64,000 bases of DNA, taken from Neodothiora populina. Taxonomy: Eukaryota. The stretch is taken from contig NW_027191409.1 in NCBI RefSeq assembly GCF_041146345.1, forward strand, positions 1,612,001 through 1,676,000. Reading direction: 5' to 3'. Below the pieces are notes generated by a model that saw nothing but the letters and a program-made list of their open reading frames with translations, was not told the DNA's origin and made no database searches. Numbering within the stretch: the stretch's first letter is position 1; each line of letters starts with the position of its first letter. Below are positions 1-12,343 of this stretch, piece after piece. The translations under genes and the position numbers were made by a program.

Positions 1-3000
1 TACTGTGTGTCGAGTATCCGAGATATCAGAGACAGTCGGGTTCCTTTACGCAATCAACCTAAGGTAATGTCAAAGAAGACTGAATATTGACGAATTGGCG
101 AGAGGCGGATCGATTGACCAAAACGCTGGATTGTGTTGATGTACGTCGAATCGAATCGGCAGGAACGTCGATGGTTGTGGTCGGGAAGGGCAGGTACAAG
201 AAGCGCAGCAGGCAGCAGACATAACCCGATTTTGCGACGCAACGAACATTTGACGAATGGCAAGCAGCAAAGAGAGTTTCAATCTGACTCCACCTAACCC
301 CTTCGCATCGAGGCCTGGCGGAGGGTCGGTTGTGTAACGCTCTATGAACAGGGTGCTGAGAGTTCGCAGCTAGCCTCAAGCGCTAGCGGTCCAGACCTCC
401 AAGGAACTTCTCTGCTTGTTAATGTTGTGGGTGGAAAAGCTGAGCACATCTTCCGTATTCGTCATGGACCACCTCTGCCCTTCGACTGCCGCTACCTGCG
501 AATTCTGCAGCCGTTGGCATCATGTCCTGTCCTGTGATCTCCTGCGCTTCTGGAGTCTGCTCCGAGTCGCTTTTGTTCGGCGTAAACGAGATAATCTTCG
601 CTTTTCAGCAACGCCGAGTGTGTGATTGGTAACCTCCAGCGTCATCTGCTCGACCCTGTGACCCTCGATTTTCCCCTCGAGGTGTTCCCACACTGGTGCA
701 TGCGCTGGACCCGAACAGGTATGGCGCGAGACCACTCACAAGAGGTTGACGTCAATCATTACCCTGATTAGCCTTGTACAAGTACGATTCGCTAAGGCAC
801 AATATCGGACATAACGATACGTGACATTGGCTGACCGAATATTCATCTTCTTTCCAATCTACGCTAGGCTCTTGAGTGATGGGTCCCGACGTCTTCTGAA
901 CGAGTCACGGCGGCTCTTTGATACTGACACAGCTATGTCTGGACAGTCGCGCAACTGATCAATCGCGGCAGAAGATAGTGGATACTATGAAATCGTCTAC
1001 TATCGGCTGCAGACATGCCAATCTCTCGTTCAGTCGCCTGTTCGAGATCCATGAGAGCAATCTGGATTCCTGAACAGCGCAGATCATAGGCGATCTCTCC
1101 AGGGACGCGTAAGGGACCTCCCAAGCACAACACTCCATGGAGTAACTGCGTAAGTACATTTCAGTCGAAGCACGGAATCCTACTCCGTTGCACCGAGCGA
1201 GAGGCTTGAGCAAAGGCTTGCAGTGCAGGGTAAATGCTACACTAACCCCCATACCCGCCGACATCCGTGGTTCAAATCTTTCGGGAATATCACATGGAGT
1301 TTTGCCAGACGTCTCTAAGTTCCGTTTAGCTCTACTTTTTGGACCAAAGTTCTGTACCAGTTATCGCAGCACACAGTTGGATGCGATGCCACTCTTGATG
1401 GCCCGTTAAAGCCACCCGCTTGATACGAGTCGAATACAGCATATCGGCTTGGGCTTCCGAGGCGACTTGCTTTCGGCCAAACAGATACTTTATCATTGAC
1501 CGCGACGCCACTTCGAGGATAGCATAGACACCAAACCTATAAGTGCCAGTTTTATGTTCAAAGCCACAGAAACTCTATGATTAGTCACAATCTTAGATCT
1601 CTGGGTTCATTAAGCATATCGGCAGATCTGTTCCCTAAACACGCCGTCTCTTTGGTGGAGTAGCAGTCCGTCCCAGAAAACAGGAAAAGTCGGCTACCGT
1701 ACCCAGGTCATCAACGGACGAGCATACGGTCCAGTGAATTGTGTCACTGGCGATGTCATTACAGATGAGGTTCTTTTGCTTGACAACATGACAAACGTCT
1801 TCATTCAGGTTGTGCGTCTGTTGTCTCAGGTGCTTGCCTGTACCGATCTTCATAACTCATAATTGGCAAATTTACCTCCCGAAGGGTTAGAGTGTTTCTC
1901 GCTCGATTTAATGGTCAGGTAAAACACCGGCCAACGGATAAAGCGGCCAACGGTCACCCTGGGAGGCTTTGCATTCTGTTTCTCGTTCTCTTGCCGTTTC
2001 TAAGTGCAAGTGTACTCGTATTTCGCAAAACGTGAAGTCTATTGGCACCACTGCAACCTCAGCCAGCGCCCGCCCTCGTGTACTGGCGAGTGGTAGACTC
2101 TTATCATGTGTTTCATCGTGCGGCGACATATTGTGGCTGTTCGCCTTGGTCCTCGAATACTAATCACTGGTAGAACTTTCTGTGTCTGCTAGCCGTCGGT
2201 CCTCGAATTTCACTGGTTCTGCTACGAAACTCACTACATCGCTGGAGCTTAAAATATAACTATCAAGATCTATTGTCCATAATGGCTCACCGCATCGTAT
2301 GTTATCGTGCACTGGCCGATACACCAATCGTGATCGAATCTTAGTTGAGGTGCAGTGTCACCTCTATACCTATTCAGCCGGCGGTGTGTGCTCCTGTTCT
2401 CTACAGCTCTGTCCGACTTCGGGCGCTCTATCACCCTTGCTCAAGCATCGGCTTAGCCTATGTGCTACCTTACTTCGACTCGCGCTGGCGCGTGCTGCAT
2501 CTATAGAGCAGATGTCGTATATCACATCAACAACTGAAAAACACTTACTGAAAATACGACGCTCTGGATATCGTCCGCGGAGAGTATTCGTATCTAACGT
2601 AACTAAGGTACCTTGCAAGCGAGCCATACTACAGTAGGTATGAAGAGGAGGCTCAGCTCGCTTCATGTTACTACTTTTTCCTTTCTTTCCTACAGCAAAA
2701 TAAACTTCCTCCGATCGCCGTTTGTGGGCGAAACGGTTCTAAGATATTTATATTGCTAACCTTACCTCGACGCATCAATTCAGGCAAAACTGTCTGAACC
2801 CATTTTTCGATCTTACTGACACTACATAGTGTACTGAACGGTAGACTTCCTCTAGGGATTTAACTCTACAGTTTCAGACTCCACGAGAGGGCAGTCTGAG
2901 GACACATTTCACGAGAAGGTTAATCTTTACGAAACCGATACTTCTCTATTGGATATATTACTCAATTACCAGCTTTTCCATTATGCATTGAATTGTCCAC

Positions 3001-4046
3001 TGTTTCGATCACTTTTTTTCCCTCGCGCCGCGGAGGGCGCTTCTCTGCGTGAAACATAGGGTCGAGCACATACACAACTCGTCGAATGTTCTTTGATTGA
3101 TTTCTATCCGTCTCACAAAGCTTTATCCTCTTATGGAAGGTACAGTGCGAAAACCGAAGCTTCGCCTTTCGAGTTCTACCTTACTGCACAGGCTCAATGG
3201 TCAGCAGTACACGACCATTCTCCAATACCTACTTACCTTTGCCCCAAAGTCAATCGGTGGCAGAACCACGTTACTTTCTATAAGCATTGCGACTTCGGAA
3301 CGTGAGCTGAAAGAAGACATGCATTTTCGATCATCGGAGTCGTTCCAAGTCTCTTGATTTCAATGCTTTCAATTATCCCAATGCTTCCAACTAGCCCAGC
3401 CCTAGCTCAGAGAGTGAAGCTCATCGACCTTGATCGGCCACAGAGTACTTTTATGTCAAAAAGGATGCAGGTACAGTACTCAAAGTACAGTACGTGAAAC
3501 CCACGTGGGTCAGCCCAACAGAGCCTCATCCTTCTTCCTTCTTCCGGTCCGCTACTATGCATGGGCTTGTCTAGTCATCAGCGTGATCTGCTTTCTGTCG
3601 CTCTGTTTATCCGCAATTCGTGGTAAGCGAAGCCTGAATCAACGCCTCAACTTCAAATGGAGAACGTTGTCTCATATGTAGGAGCTGAGGTAATCTGGTG
3701 GTTATGTTAAAGTTTCGATACACGTGAGATGGGTACTGGAGGCTGGTGACGGTAGATATTCTCAGTTTACTGGTTGCAGATGCGCAAGCCACTGTTTTTC
3801 GTACATTTCGATCATTTCGGCCTTCGGGCACTCTCTTACTGGCTTGTGGTGAGAAGCAGATGTGCGAGATCAGAGAAATTTGGATTTGGGAGGTAGAAAA
3901 ACAAAAGGGTAATGAGATTTGTATACAGCGTGCTCCGTGCCAGCGATGTCCTGGAATAATGTCTACGTGTCAATATGCTCGACGAACAACAACAACTAGA
4001 TATGTCCTTTCGGCCGTGGCTCTTCCTCGTTCACCTCACATATCAA

Positions 4047-5195
4047 CTACTGCTTCTTCTGGGCGGCCGGGCCCATCTCCTTGCTGAAGGCCATGTACGA
4101 CACGTCCAGGTTGGCGATGGCGCTCACACCAACAGACAGGATGAGTAGGAGGAGCAGGGACACAGAGCCAGTGATGAAGATGCCTGATTGAGAGTGGTCA
4201 GTATACGAGAAGACGGGTGGGATCTACAACTGATGCTGTGATGGAAATTACCTTGGTTCACGAATTGGTACTTCTCGAACAAGGGCAGGTTGGAGTCAAG
4301 GTTGCTTCCGTTCGAGCCCTTCTCGTATCCGCTCAAGTCACGCTTGAGGTCTCCGTGCATGCCAGGTGGGAACGGGCTGTCCATCTCGTAAGTCTGCTCG
4401 GGATGTTGGATCGCCTCCTGGACCTGGGTGGTTGCTGGAGTAGTGGTGTAGACGACGGTGTATGAGTCCAGCTGCGTCAAGATGTCGTTGAGGAATGAAT
4501 CTGGCGATGTTAGGTCTGTGGTCCAGTGTAGAGTAAGTGCTGAATGAAGGACATACCGTGACGCGCGAGAGTCGTCGCCCTTTCCTCTTGGTCTGCTGAA
4601 GGCGCAGAGAAAGTAAGTCTGATCGATTGCGACTTCTTCTCTAGCTTGGGGATTTTGCCATCTGTTTGTCGGATCAGCACCTGTGTCCTGCACTCTTGCC
4701 ATGTCCGCATCATCATACCAGCGCCATCAACTCGTAGGGAAGACCAGCCCTCGGCGTTCTTCGTGCAGTACTTGTTGACTGCATGGTAGACCGTTTCATC
4801 GTCAACAAGGCCGACAGCATTTGATATCTTCGCGGCGGTCTTGATTTGCTTATCGGAACTGACGAGTCGTCGTTCGAGGTATGGCGTGTTACGGTGTGCT
4901 GCGTAGTCGGCACCGGAGACACCAGGTTGGGAAACAAAGACGATGCTGCCCGATGAGCAGCCTTCTACTAATGGACGGAGCTTAGACTCGATGGTCGAGT
5001 GACTGGCGACTTTTGCGTCTTCTAGGTTGATGTCGAGCCTATATCATAATGTCAACATATGGGCTTGGTGGGAGGAATGGAGGAGAGGCGAGACGCTTAC
5101 TCGTTTGTTGAGAAGAGGAAAAAGGGCGATGCATCTCTGAACGCATGCGCGCATTGCAAGGCCAGGGCGGCCGCTCCGAAATACCTTGTATGCAT
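4047..5195 (-). CDS. BIG1/Voa1 (V-ATPase subunit S1/Ac45-like) ER membrane protein, multi-exon
   Basis: Signal peptide MHTRYFGAAALALQCAHA then FRDASPFFLFST. C-terminal LFEKYQF..GIFITGSVSLLLLLILSVGVSAIANLDVSYMAFSKEMGPAAQKKQ is the Ac45/VOA1 TM signature. GT-AG introns at 5039-5100, 4662-4718 and two further 3'. Confidence 0.85.
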
Positions 5196-6483
5196 CTCTT
5201 GATTGTGTTTTGATGCCTTTATGAAAAGATAGATGCTGCCACCACCTATCTTGCTATTTGCCTTGTGACGTTGGTTGGCAGCTCGACATGGCGGATGAAC
5301 CTCGGGAGAACCTCCAGCTCTCGTCGCCCGGGGATTGGTGAGGTGCAAGTACACTACCTCGACTACCTTACCTGACCTCATCCTGCCCTACCTATCTACC
5401 TACAATTCACCGACGAGTGTCGACCATCCTGCTAAGAATTACCAGTCGGGCTTCTCATTCTGAGACTGTATAATCGTTCTGCTTCACTTGTCGGTGGTGA
5501 AGAGTACAGCTGTGTGCTTACCATAATGTGCCCTCTCCAATGACTCTATCGGTGTCTTCAAAGATAACTCCACAATCCACTCAGCTGGGTCCAGATTGCG
5601 GAGCATCAACTTAGTAAGTTAGTTCAATGTCTCACACTGTCTGATAATATGAGTCCTTTTCCCCTCGTTGTCAGTAGCCATAGGTCCCAGCAGGCATGTA
5701 AGTGCGCGTTCGTTACCTGTCTTGATTGGCAAGATCCAACATGAAATTTCCATCAAAACCCAAGTCATATCCTCGTTGAAGACATGTCTTCTTCCACGCC
5801 TTCGCCATTCCCTTTCCTTTGCCGACCATACAGTCTTTTGATTAGCCAAGAATCATGCGCCCACTGTTACCAGGATCGTCCTCGGATGGCATGATTACTG
5901 TTGCCAGAGACGATTTATTCGAATACATTGCCTATGAGATCCTGGTCTCTCGCACCGAGCAATTATGGACCCAAGTCTCGTTCGATGCAGTCCAGAAGGG
6001 TCTCGTTAATGTATGTGAGCTCAACGCGATGGGCCACATTCATCCGAAGGCACCGGGCTTCGACCATCTTTTGGTTGAAATAGTATGTTCAGAGCTCGTC
6101 TCGGCTCCGGTATCTAGGATAATAGTACATTCTAACATTGACAAAGTCTGAGAAGCTCAAGAGCACAAGCCGAATGTCTGAGCCTTTCATGTTGGTCGTC
6201 ATCACATGGACTGTAGTGCTTGTTGTACTGAAAGAAATGCAGGCCGTCGATTGAGGAGACGAATGATACTGTAGGCCTTAAGTGGACGCAACTCCGTGAC
6301 CTGGAAAGTCATCCCAAAGTAAACGATGACTACGACATGTGCGACGAGTCACCGGAGAGATTGGAAGTGTAATTGACGACAAGGTTCTATACACAACGTA
6401 AAGTATAGCTGACATGACTTGACAGATCTGATACGGATGACTCTATATCAATTGTATCTATCGAATCCCAGTCGACTTCAAAA

Positions 6484-8313
6484 ATGGATGACCAGCTAAA
6501 GCGCAGCGCTCTGCAAGGCCCGGATACCCCTACTGAAGAGACAATAATCGCCGAAGGTTCTCATGACACAAGAAACGGTGCCACTGTGCGAGGTGCCGAT
6601 GCCATGGGCCAAGACCAGCTTGCTTCAGCTTCGACACCGGCAAATGATACGCGATTTAACATCCGTACTAAGCTTCATTCGTTTCTCAAGCTGCATGTAC
6701 GCCGACGGCTTGCCGAAACCGTGGACAGGCTCAGTGGAAGTGAAATTGCTAATATAGCACCCACGATACCATTGCCAACACCTGTCGATGATACCCATTC
6801 CAATGAGGGAACTGGCACAATGCTGGCCGGAACTCTTCGTCAGAAGATTTCTGCTCATCAAATTGGTCGCCGAACGTCTACCGATCGCTTGACAACCTGT
6901 GTTGAGCATGGAAACAAATCGGCTGCCAGTGAAGTTGATGAGAAGGACGAAGCTACAAAGGGTGATATTGTAAATAATGTTGGAGACGATGCTCCAGTTG
7001 AGTGCGCCGAAAGGGTCAGCAGCTTACCTGGTTTACGTCCGACGTGCGACAAACCGACCCTACAGATGTTTATGGATCTGATAAGGACTCGAGAAGCGGC
7101 GAGTCCACCCTTACCTCAAGCATGGAAACATGGCTATCCATTAGACTGCCGGGCTGCACTTTGCACGTTACTATACGATGCCAAATGTGGGTCGCACAGT
7201 GATCCTACTGGACTGGCAGTGCATCTCGAGGGCCGGATCTTCCGGGGAAGTGAATCGGAACCTCAATATCTCAGCAGACTCGACCAAGCTAGTGGTTTCT
7301 CGGGTCGAGTTCCCCATTACACCGAGCAGCAGTCCGCGACGCTGCGTGAATACGCGAAGCTGCAACAGAAAATCATCAACCGAAGTCTGATCCAGCGTAT
7401 CATTCAGAAAGCGGATGCTGAGCGTGCCGAGGCCTCTCGTGTTGCAAGCGATGCTCTACATGCTGACAGCAAGACTGATTCGATGCTGCATGAGCAGAAC
7501 CGCGCATGGATGGTCGAGATTGCCGAATCTGCAGGTCTCCTCCCGTCCTCGACCAATGGAATGGGGTTCCAGAGACACTGCGAGATCCTGGCAAAGTGGA
7601 AGACATTCATTATGAGCCAAGACCAGCTCGTCACGCGCGACGGTTGGGAAGTCGCCCTACACCCCGTCAACGAAGCAGGTCTGTTATGCACCCTGGAACA
7701 CACGATGACGCTCCCGGACAGCGAAGCCATCAGACTGTGTCAAGTATCCGGCGTTGCACCCGCCCTGCACAGGATGTGCTTTTCCGCCGCCAAGTGGCCT
7801 TCGAGTCTGACCGAAAAGGCGCTCCCGCTGCTCAACAGATACCGCGCCGCCATGGCCGCCGACCCCAAGAAGCCCGTCTCGAGACTCCCACTGCCAAGTG
7901 AAAGACCAAGACCAAGACCCAACGATGTACCATATCCTCCAAACTGCATATTTGCAACACTGCCAGTGTCCAATATATTCGATCCACCACAGCGCACCAT
8001 GCCAAGCAGCTCGAAAGACCCAATCCGCACGCAACCCACGAGTCCAATACACTCCTACTCACCCACCAACGACCCTCGTTCTTCCATCGACCGTAATCCA
8101 TCACTTCGAGTAGACGGCTGCAGTGTCGTACCCGAAGTGGCGCGTAAGGCTCTGCTCGACAAGGCTCCGATAATCCCGCCTTCCTCGTCCGCGAAGTGGT
8201 CGATTGATGGACAGGGTCACCCTACCGACGCCTGCCCACCTGGTTGTTTGGGACAGTGTATGTCGACTTCGCCCGCTCCGGGACAGCCGCGGTATAGTCC
8301 GAGGCGTATCTAG
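6484..8313 (+). CDS. Hypothetical 609-aa protein with an internal KIX/Med15-like segment and Pro/Ser-rich C-terminus
   Basis: Uninterrupted 1.8-kb ORF with good start context (AAAATGG). Residues ~214-266 resemble a KIX_2-type domain by eye. Confidence 0.7.
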   Translation: MDDQLKRSALQGPDTPTEETIIAEGSHDTRNGATVRGADAMGQDQLASASTPANDTRFNIRTKLHSFLKLHVRRRLAETVDRLSGSEIANIAPTIPLPTPVDDTHSNEGTGTMLAGTLRQKISAHQIGRRTSTDRLTTCVEHGNKSAASEVDEKDEATKGDIVNNVGDDAPVECAERVSSLPGLRPTCDKPTLQMFMDLIRTREAASPPLPQAWKHGYPLDCRAALCTLLYDAKCGSHSDPTGLAVHLEGRIFRGSESEPQYLSRLDQASGFSGRVPHYTEQQSATLREYAKLQQKIINRSLIQRIIQKADAERAEASRVASDALHADSKTDSMLHEQNRAWMVEIAESAGLLPSSTNGMGFQRHCEILAKWKTFIMSQDQLVTRDGWEVALHPVNEAGLLCTLEHTMTLPDSEAIRLCQVSGVAPALHRMCFSAAKWPSSLTEKALPLLNRYRAAMAADPKKPVSRLPLPSERPRPRPNDVPYPPNCIFATLPVSNIFDPPQRTMPSSSKDPIRTQPTSPIHSYSPTNDPRSSIDRNPSLRVDGCSVVPEVARKALLDKAPIIPPSSSAKWSIDGQGHPTDACPPGCLGQCMSTSPAPGQPRYSPRRI

Positions 8314-8686
8314 GGTCTACTTCGTCTTGCCCGAGTCAGTCGATGGATTAATGGGTGGTGTAGTTGTAGGAAATGTAAATTGGAGCGAAAACTGGTAATT
8401 TTGGGGTTGGAAACTGTGTAGATTGAATTTCACTTCTTACTATTATTGCTTCCTTGCCCTAAGTTCTTGAGATAGACCAGCCAACGTGATCCTGAATGAT
8501 GGGTTGAGTTTGATCAATGGGTGCGTGTGTAAAGTTCGCGCAGGAATATGAAATCTAGGTTCCACGTAGGCTAAATATAATGTCCCAAGTTTTCAAGGCC
8601 TCCAAGCGCCAACATCTTCTCCAACCAACAAACATTCGCTATGGAAAAACATGACACCATCGCCAAGATCTAACCACCTTATCTCC

Positions 8687-10830
8687 TTAGACTCCCCTCC
8701 CAACAGCACCCACCTCCTCTGCCAGTCTCCTATCAAGCCTCAAAACCCTCCTCTCATACGCCGTGAACCGCACCACAGCATCCGTAGTTAAACAAGCCAT
8801 ATTGTCCTCCCCCAGCTTCCACACATCCTTGACACTAGCTAATGGAGGCTCGATGTTGTAGACTTCGAAATCAGACGGTATGCTTTGGGAGGCGTCGTCT
8901 TTGTATTTGTCGAGGGCGATCCAGCCGTTGAACCAGAGGGGTTGGAGGGAGGCGGTCAGGTGCAGGAGTTGCGGGCCGCAGATTGTGTGGTTGCTTTCTG
9001 TGGTTGGTTGTATTGAGGTTCTTCTTTTCGGGGTTTCTGGAGTGTCTGCTGGGTCTGTGGGTTGGGCGGGGTTGTCAAGTGTGTCTTCGATCGTGTTATC
9101 TGTCTGTACATCCCCGACGCTTAGGAGAGGCGAATCGGTCTGAGCAATGGAAGGTCGGAAGTGTCCCTTATCGTCTTCTTCGCTGCCCTTTGCTTCTGAG
9201 TCATCGTCATAGCCTTGGGTAGCACTGGTTATAGTGCTTTGATTGAATATCTCAGCATCAGCTGGAGGCGTCGCAGTGTCTTGCTTGATAGGTCCGTAGA
9301 GTTCGGATCCCATCGTGCCACGATGTCCGTCATAGAACGCATAGTCGCTATTCCCTAGGAGCTCTCATGCAAGCCAAAATGTTTCCTTGTCACCTTTCAT
9401 ACGCAAGTCAGCATTTGGCTAGACACGATCTAGCAGTTCACATCTCCGACATACCATAGACCATATCGTGGATCCCCTCGATGCCTTCTTCGGCATTACC
9501 ATCACGATCTGGCCCGTTCATCCTCGTCACTAGCAGGAGCTCGACGAAATGCTTCCATTTGTCAACTAGAACACCGCCCGACTCCTGTTGATGCCCACTC
9601 TCGCCAGTCCATAGACGCGTCGCACGAGCAGACCGTGCGATTGGCTTGGGAAGAACTTTGTTCAGCCACTTGCGTTTCTCTTCTGGGAAGATACTGCGAT
9701 CCCTGAAGAACAGAGCTCCGGTCTCCTTGTACTGTGGGTCTTCGAACAGGAGCTCTGGGTTGAGGAAGAAGACAGCATCCGCATCGATGGATATGACTTC
9801 TCGAAAGCTCGATAGCAGCATAGCGAAGGGTTTGGCCGCCCAACCAGCTAGCTCCCGGCCGTCGTCACGAACCATCTGTTTCATGTTTCTGGTGATCACG
9901 CCCGGAAGTTTCTCTAACTGATCTCGGTATTCGTCGCTGATGTCTGTGTTTCCCAAGTACATGACCTCTATAGGTAGATCGCAGCCCAAATGCCGCATTA
10001 CAGGGATTGTAGCTAGGGGGTATGAAACCTGTGCTTCTCCTGCAGACAGCACGATACCCCGACCGGCATTGTGAAAACTAGCGCGTAAGCTCATATGATC
10101 CGCAAAGTAGGGAGAAGTCCAAGGGAACAGCAGGTCTCCAAGGCCAGTAACAAGATAACGAGAAGCTTTCGTACGTCCGTAGCTTTTGCGCAAGTGTGTA
10201 GCCTGAGAGATCCAGCTTGTTGTCGACATCATCGCGGATCAAACGCAACACATCGTCACGGACGTGTATACTGCTATTGTCGCTCACTAGATGGAGTGCC
10301 TCCCAGATGTGGAAACAGGATTTGAACGCCCGCGTCCTCGCGCCAACTTCTCTGAGCTTCTGGGCGCCCGTAGAGTGGAAATAGACGAGCAGATCATCTA
10401 TCAGGCTTTCTTCTGGAAGTCGTGAGAGTACTGTCTGTACTGATGCTCGAATATCTTCTACTTCATCAACAGGATGCGAGATCAATGTCGGCTCAGCAGT
10501 TGTAGTATGGCTTGGGCGTATAACGTGCTGCTCGTGGCGTTTATAACTCCGCCTGTGAGAAGGAGGCCTGTCGACGGCATTGTCCTGCACGACTGGATGC
10601 TCGCCGCTCGGTGTCGCATCCGTACGTGGCATATGTATGCTACCCACATTCTCCTCGTGACGAGTTTCTGGAGGATTCAATGGATTCTTGAAGCTCGATT
10701 GCTGCCCGTTACCGGGCACAGAGAGGACGAGGAAGCAAACAACTAGACCAAGAAAAATGCATATCTTGATTGTAGCGCTGTGCCGTCGCCAGGATGGCCC
10801 GGAGGCACGATGATTGTTCCTCATAATCAT
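8687..10830 (-). pseudogene. GT71 (MNN1/MNT-like alpha-1,3-mannosyltransferase), disrupted
   Basis: Type II TM anchor and motifs GRGIV, LPIEVMYLG, GWAAKPFA, DAD, TGALFFRDR, HQQESG, YGDKETFW, CGPQLLH..PLWFNGW. One extra base near 10161 (YESF/RYLV) and TGA at 9365-9367 in DKETFWLA*EL. Intron 9394-9454. Confidence 0.85.
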
Positions 10831-12343
10831 AATCGTAGCAGCTCAATGCGACATTATTCTTTCCCTTACTCAAACATCGCCCTGCTGCTTTTGAACTTAA
10901 CCGCTTTATGGTAGTTTGGCAGTATTCAGATGGGTTACGTAAGGTACATAGCCATTGTAAGAAGAGAGAAACGTGAGAGACGTCACACCCACTCATCGAG
11001 GCGGCCGGACGGTCCTCATTTTCATCGAAGGCTGGCCCCTCGGATAGCCAAGGGTCTGACATTTCAGCTGTATACTTATAGAACTTGTATTATATAGCGG
11101 CGGGTGGGAGACGGGAATGGCGCCTACCTTGGATACATGCGCCGCTATCCAGATTCACTTCATGATCACCTACCTTGGAGTACATGTACATATAGGATCC
11201 ATAAGCATATTGTATACAGACCGAAAAAGGAAAGCACAGTCAGACCTATGAGGACTGAAGCTGCTTCGCAGTCAGTCCATACTCATCACGTATTTCAGAT
11301 GGAACCTAAAGCAATCACAAGCACAGCTTGTGTTGGACCACCACCTAAGTATGTTACATGCGCCGTTGTGGTACTGTACCTAGGAACAGCAACGCTGAGG
11401 CGCCAGGTCAAGCTTTCCCTGCATAAGCGTCGAGCAACACTGTGATGCGACACTCACACTGTAGTCAATTGTACTGTAGAATTATCAGAGAGCTAAACAA
11501 TCGTCCCTGAAGAGGGGTGGGCTAGTCGCATTCAGCTCACGTCAATTGCTTTCACGAGGTTCACTAAACCTAAGGTAAGGTACATGAAGTCTATCTAGGG
11601 CGTGACACTAGGATGCTACATGTCTGGGGCGGGATGGGAGACAACATTTACACGCTTGATACGTCTGACATAGAGCGACATCAAGCTTATACACAGACAA
11701 AGGATGTTACTACAGAGATCACAACAACCTTCTTCGACCTCCAGTCATCACGACCAAAGCATCAATGAAAGACAGGAGTCCAGCAAAAATTGCGCGATAG
11801 CAGCCATCCGAAGACAGATGCACGAGAGCACGCCGCCGCGCTGTGCAATGCAGGGCATTCTCTCGGGAGGAAGGCCTTTTTGATCGCCCCCCCCATCACA
11901 AGGTAAGTATGAAGAAAGAAAGTTGTGTTGATGGTTCAGAAGGCAAGTATATATACCCCATGAGCCCGGGCGCACGAGCCAGGTACGAGGTGAGTCATCC
12001 GGCGCCGGATTATCTTTAATCCAAGCGAGACTAAGCAAGCTCGCTGAATGAGCGGACTTAGGACGGATGTATCAGTGTTAACTCAGGTCGGTCCATCAAG
12101 ATGGGTGCAGTCGTGGGTTGGTGAACGGCCGGCAGCTGCAACTTCACTCTTTGTATGAGGATACGATATCTCATGATATGGTATGTTCACTGAGGACTAT
12201 CGAAGATGGCGACACATCTCATGCTTGAGAGGTAGGGAAAAGAGATACAGTAGATTGTGGCTCTGAAGCTCGTCTTATCAAAACAGCTAAATGACCTTCT
12301 CTCACTACTCAATTATAGATATATAGACGTTGAAAGGGTTTGG

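Noticed and set aside
5420..6205. Possible pseudogene on the minus strand between the BIG1-like gene and the orphan ORF
   Set aside because: Stop density is not clearly below random and no recognisable motif was found.
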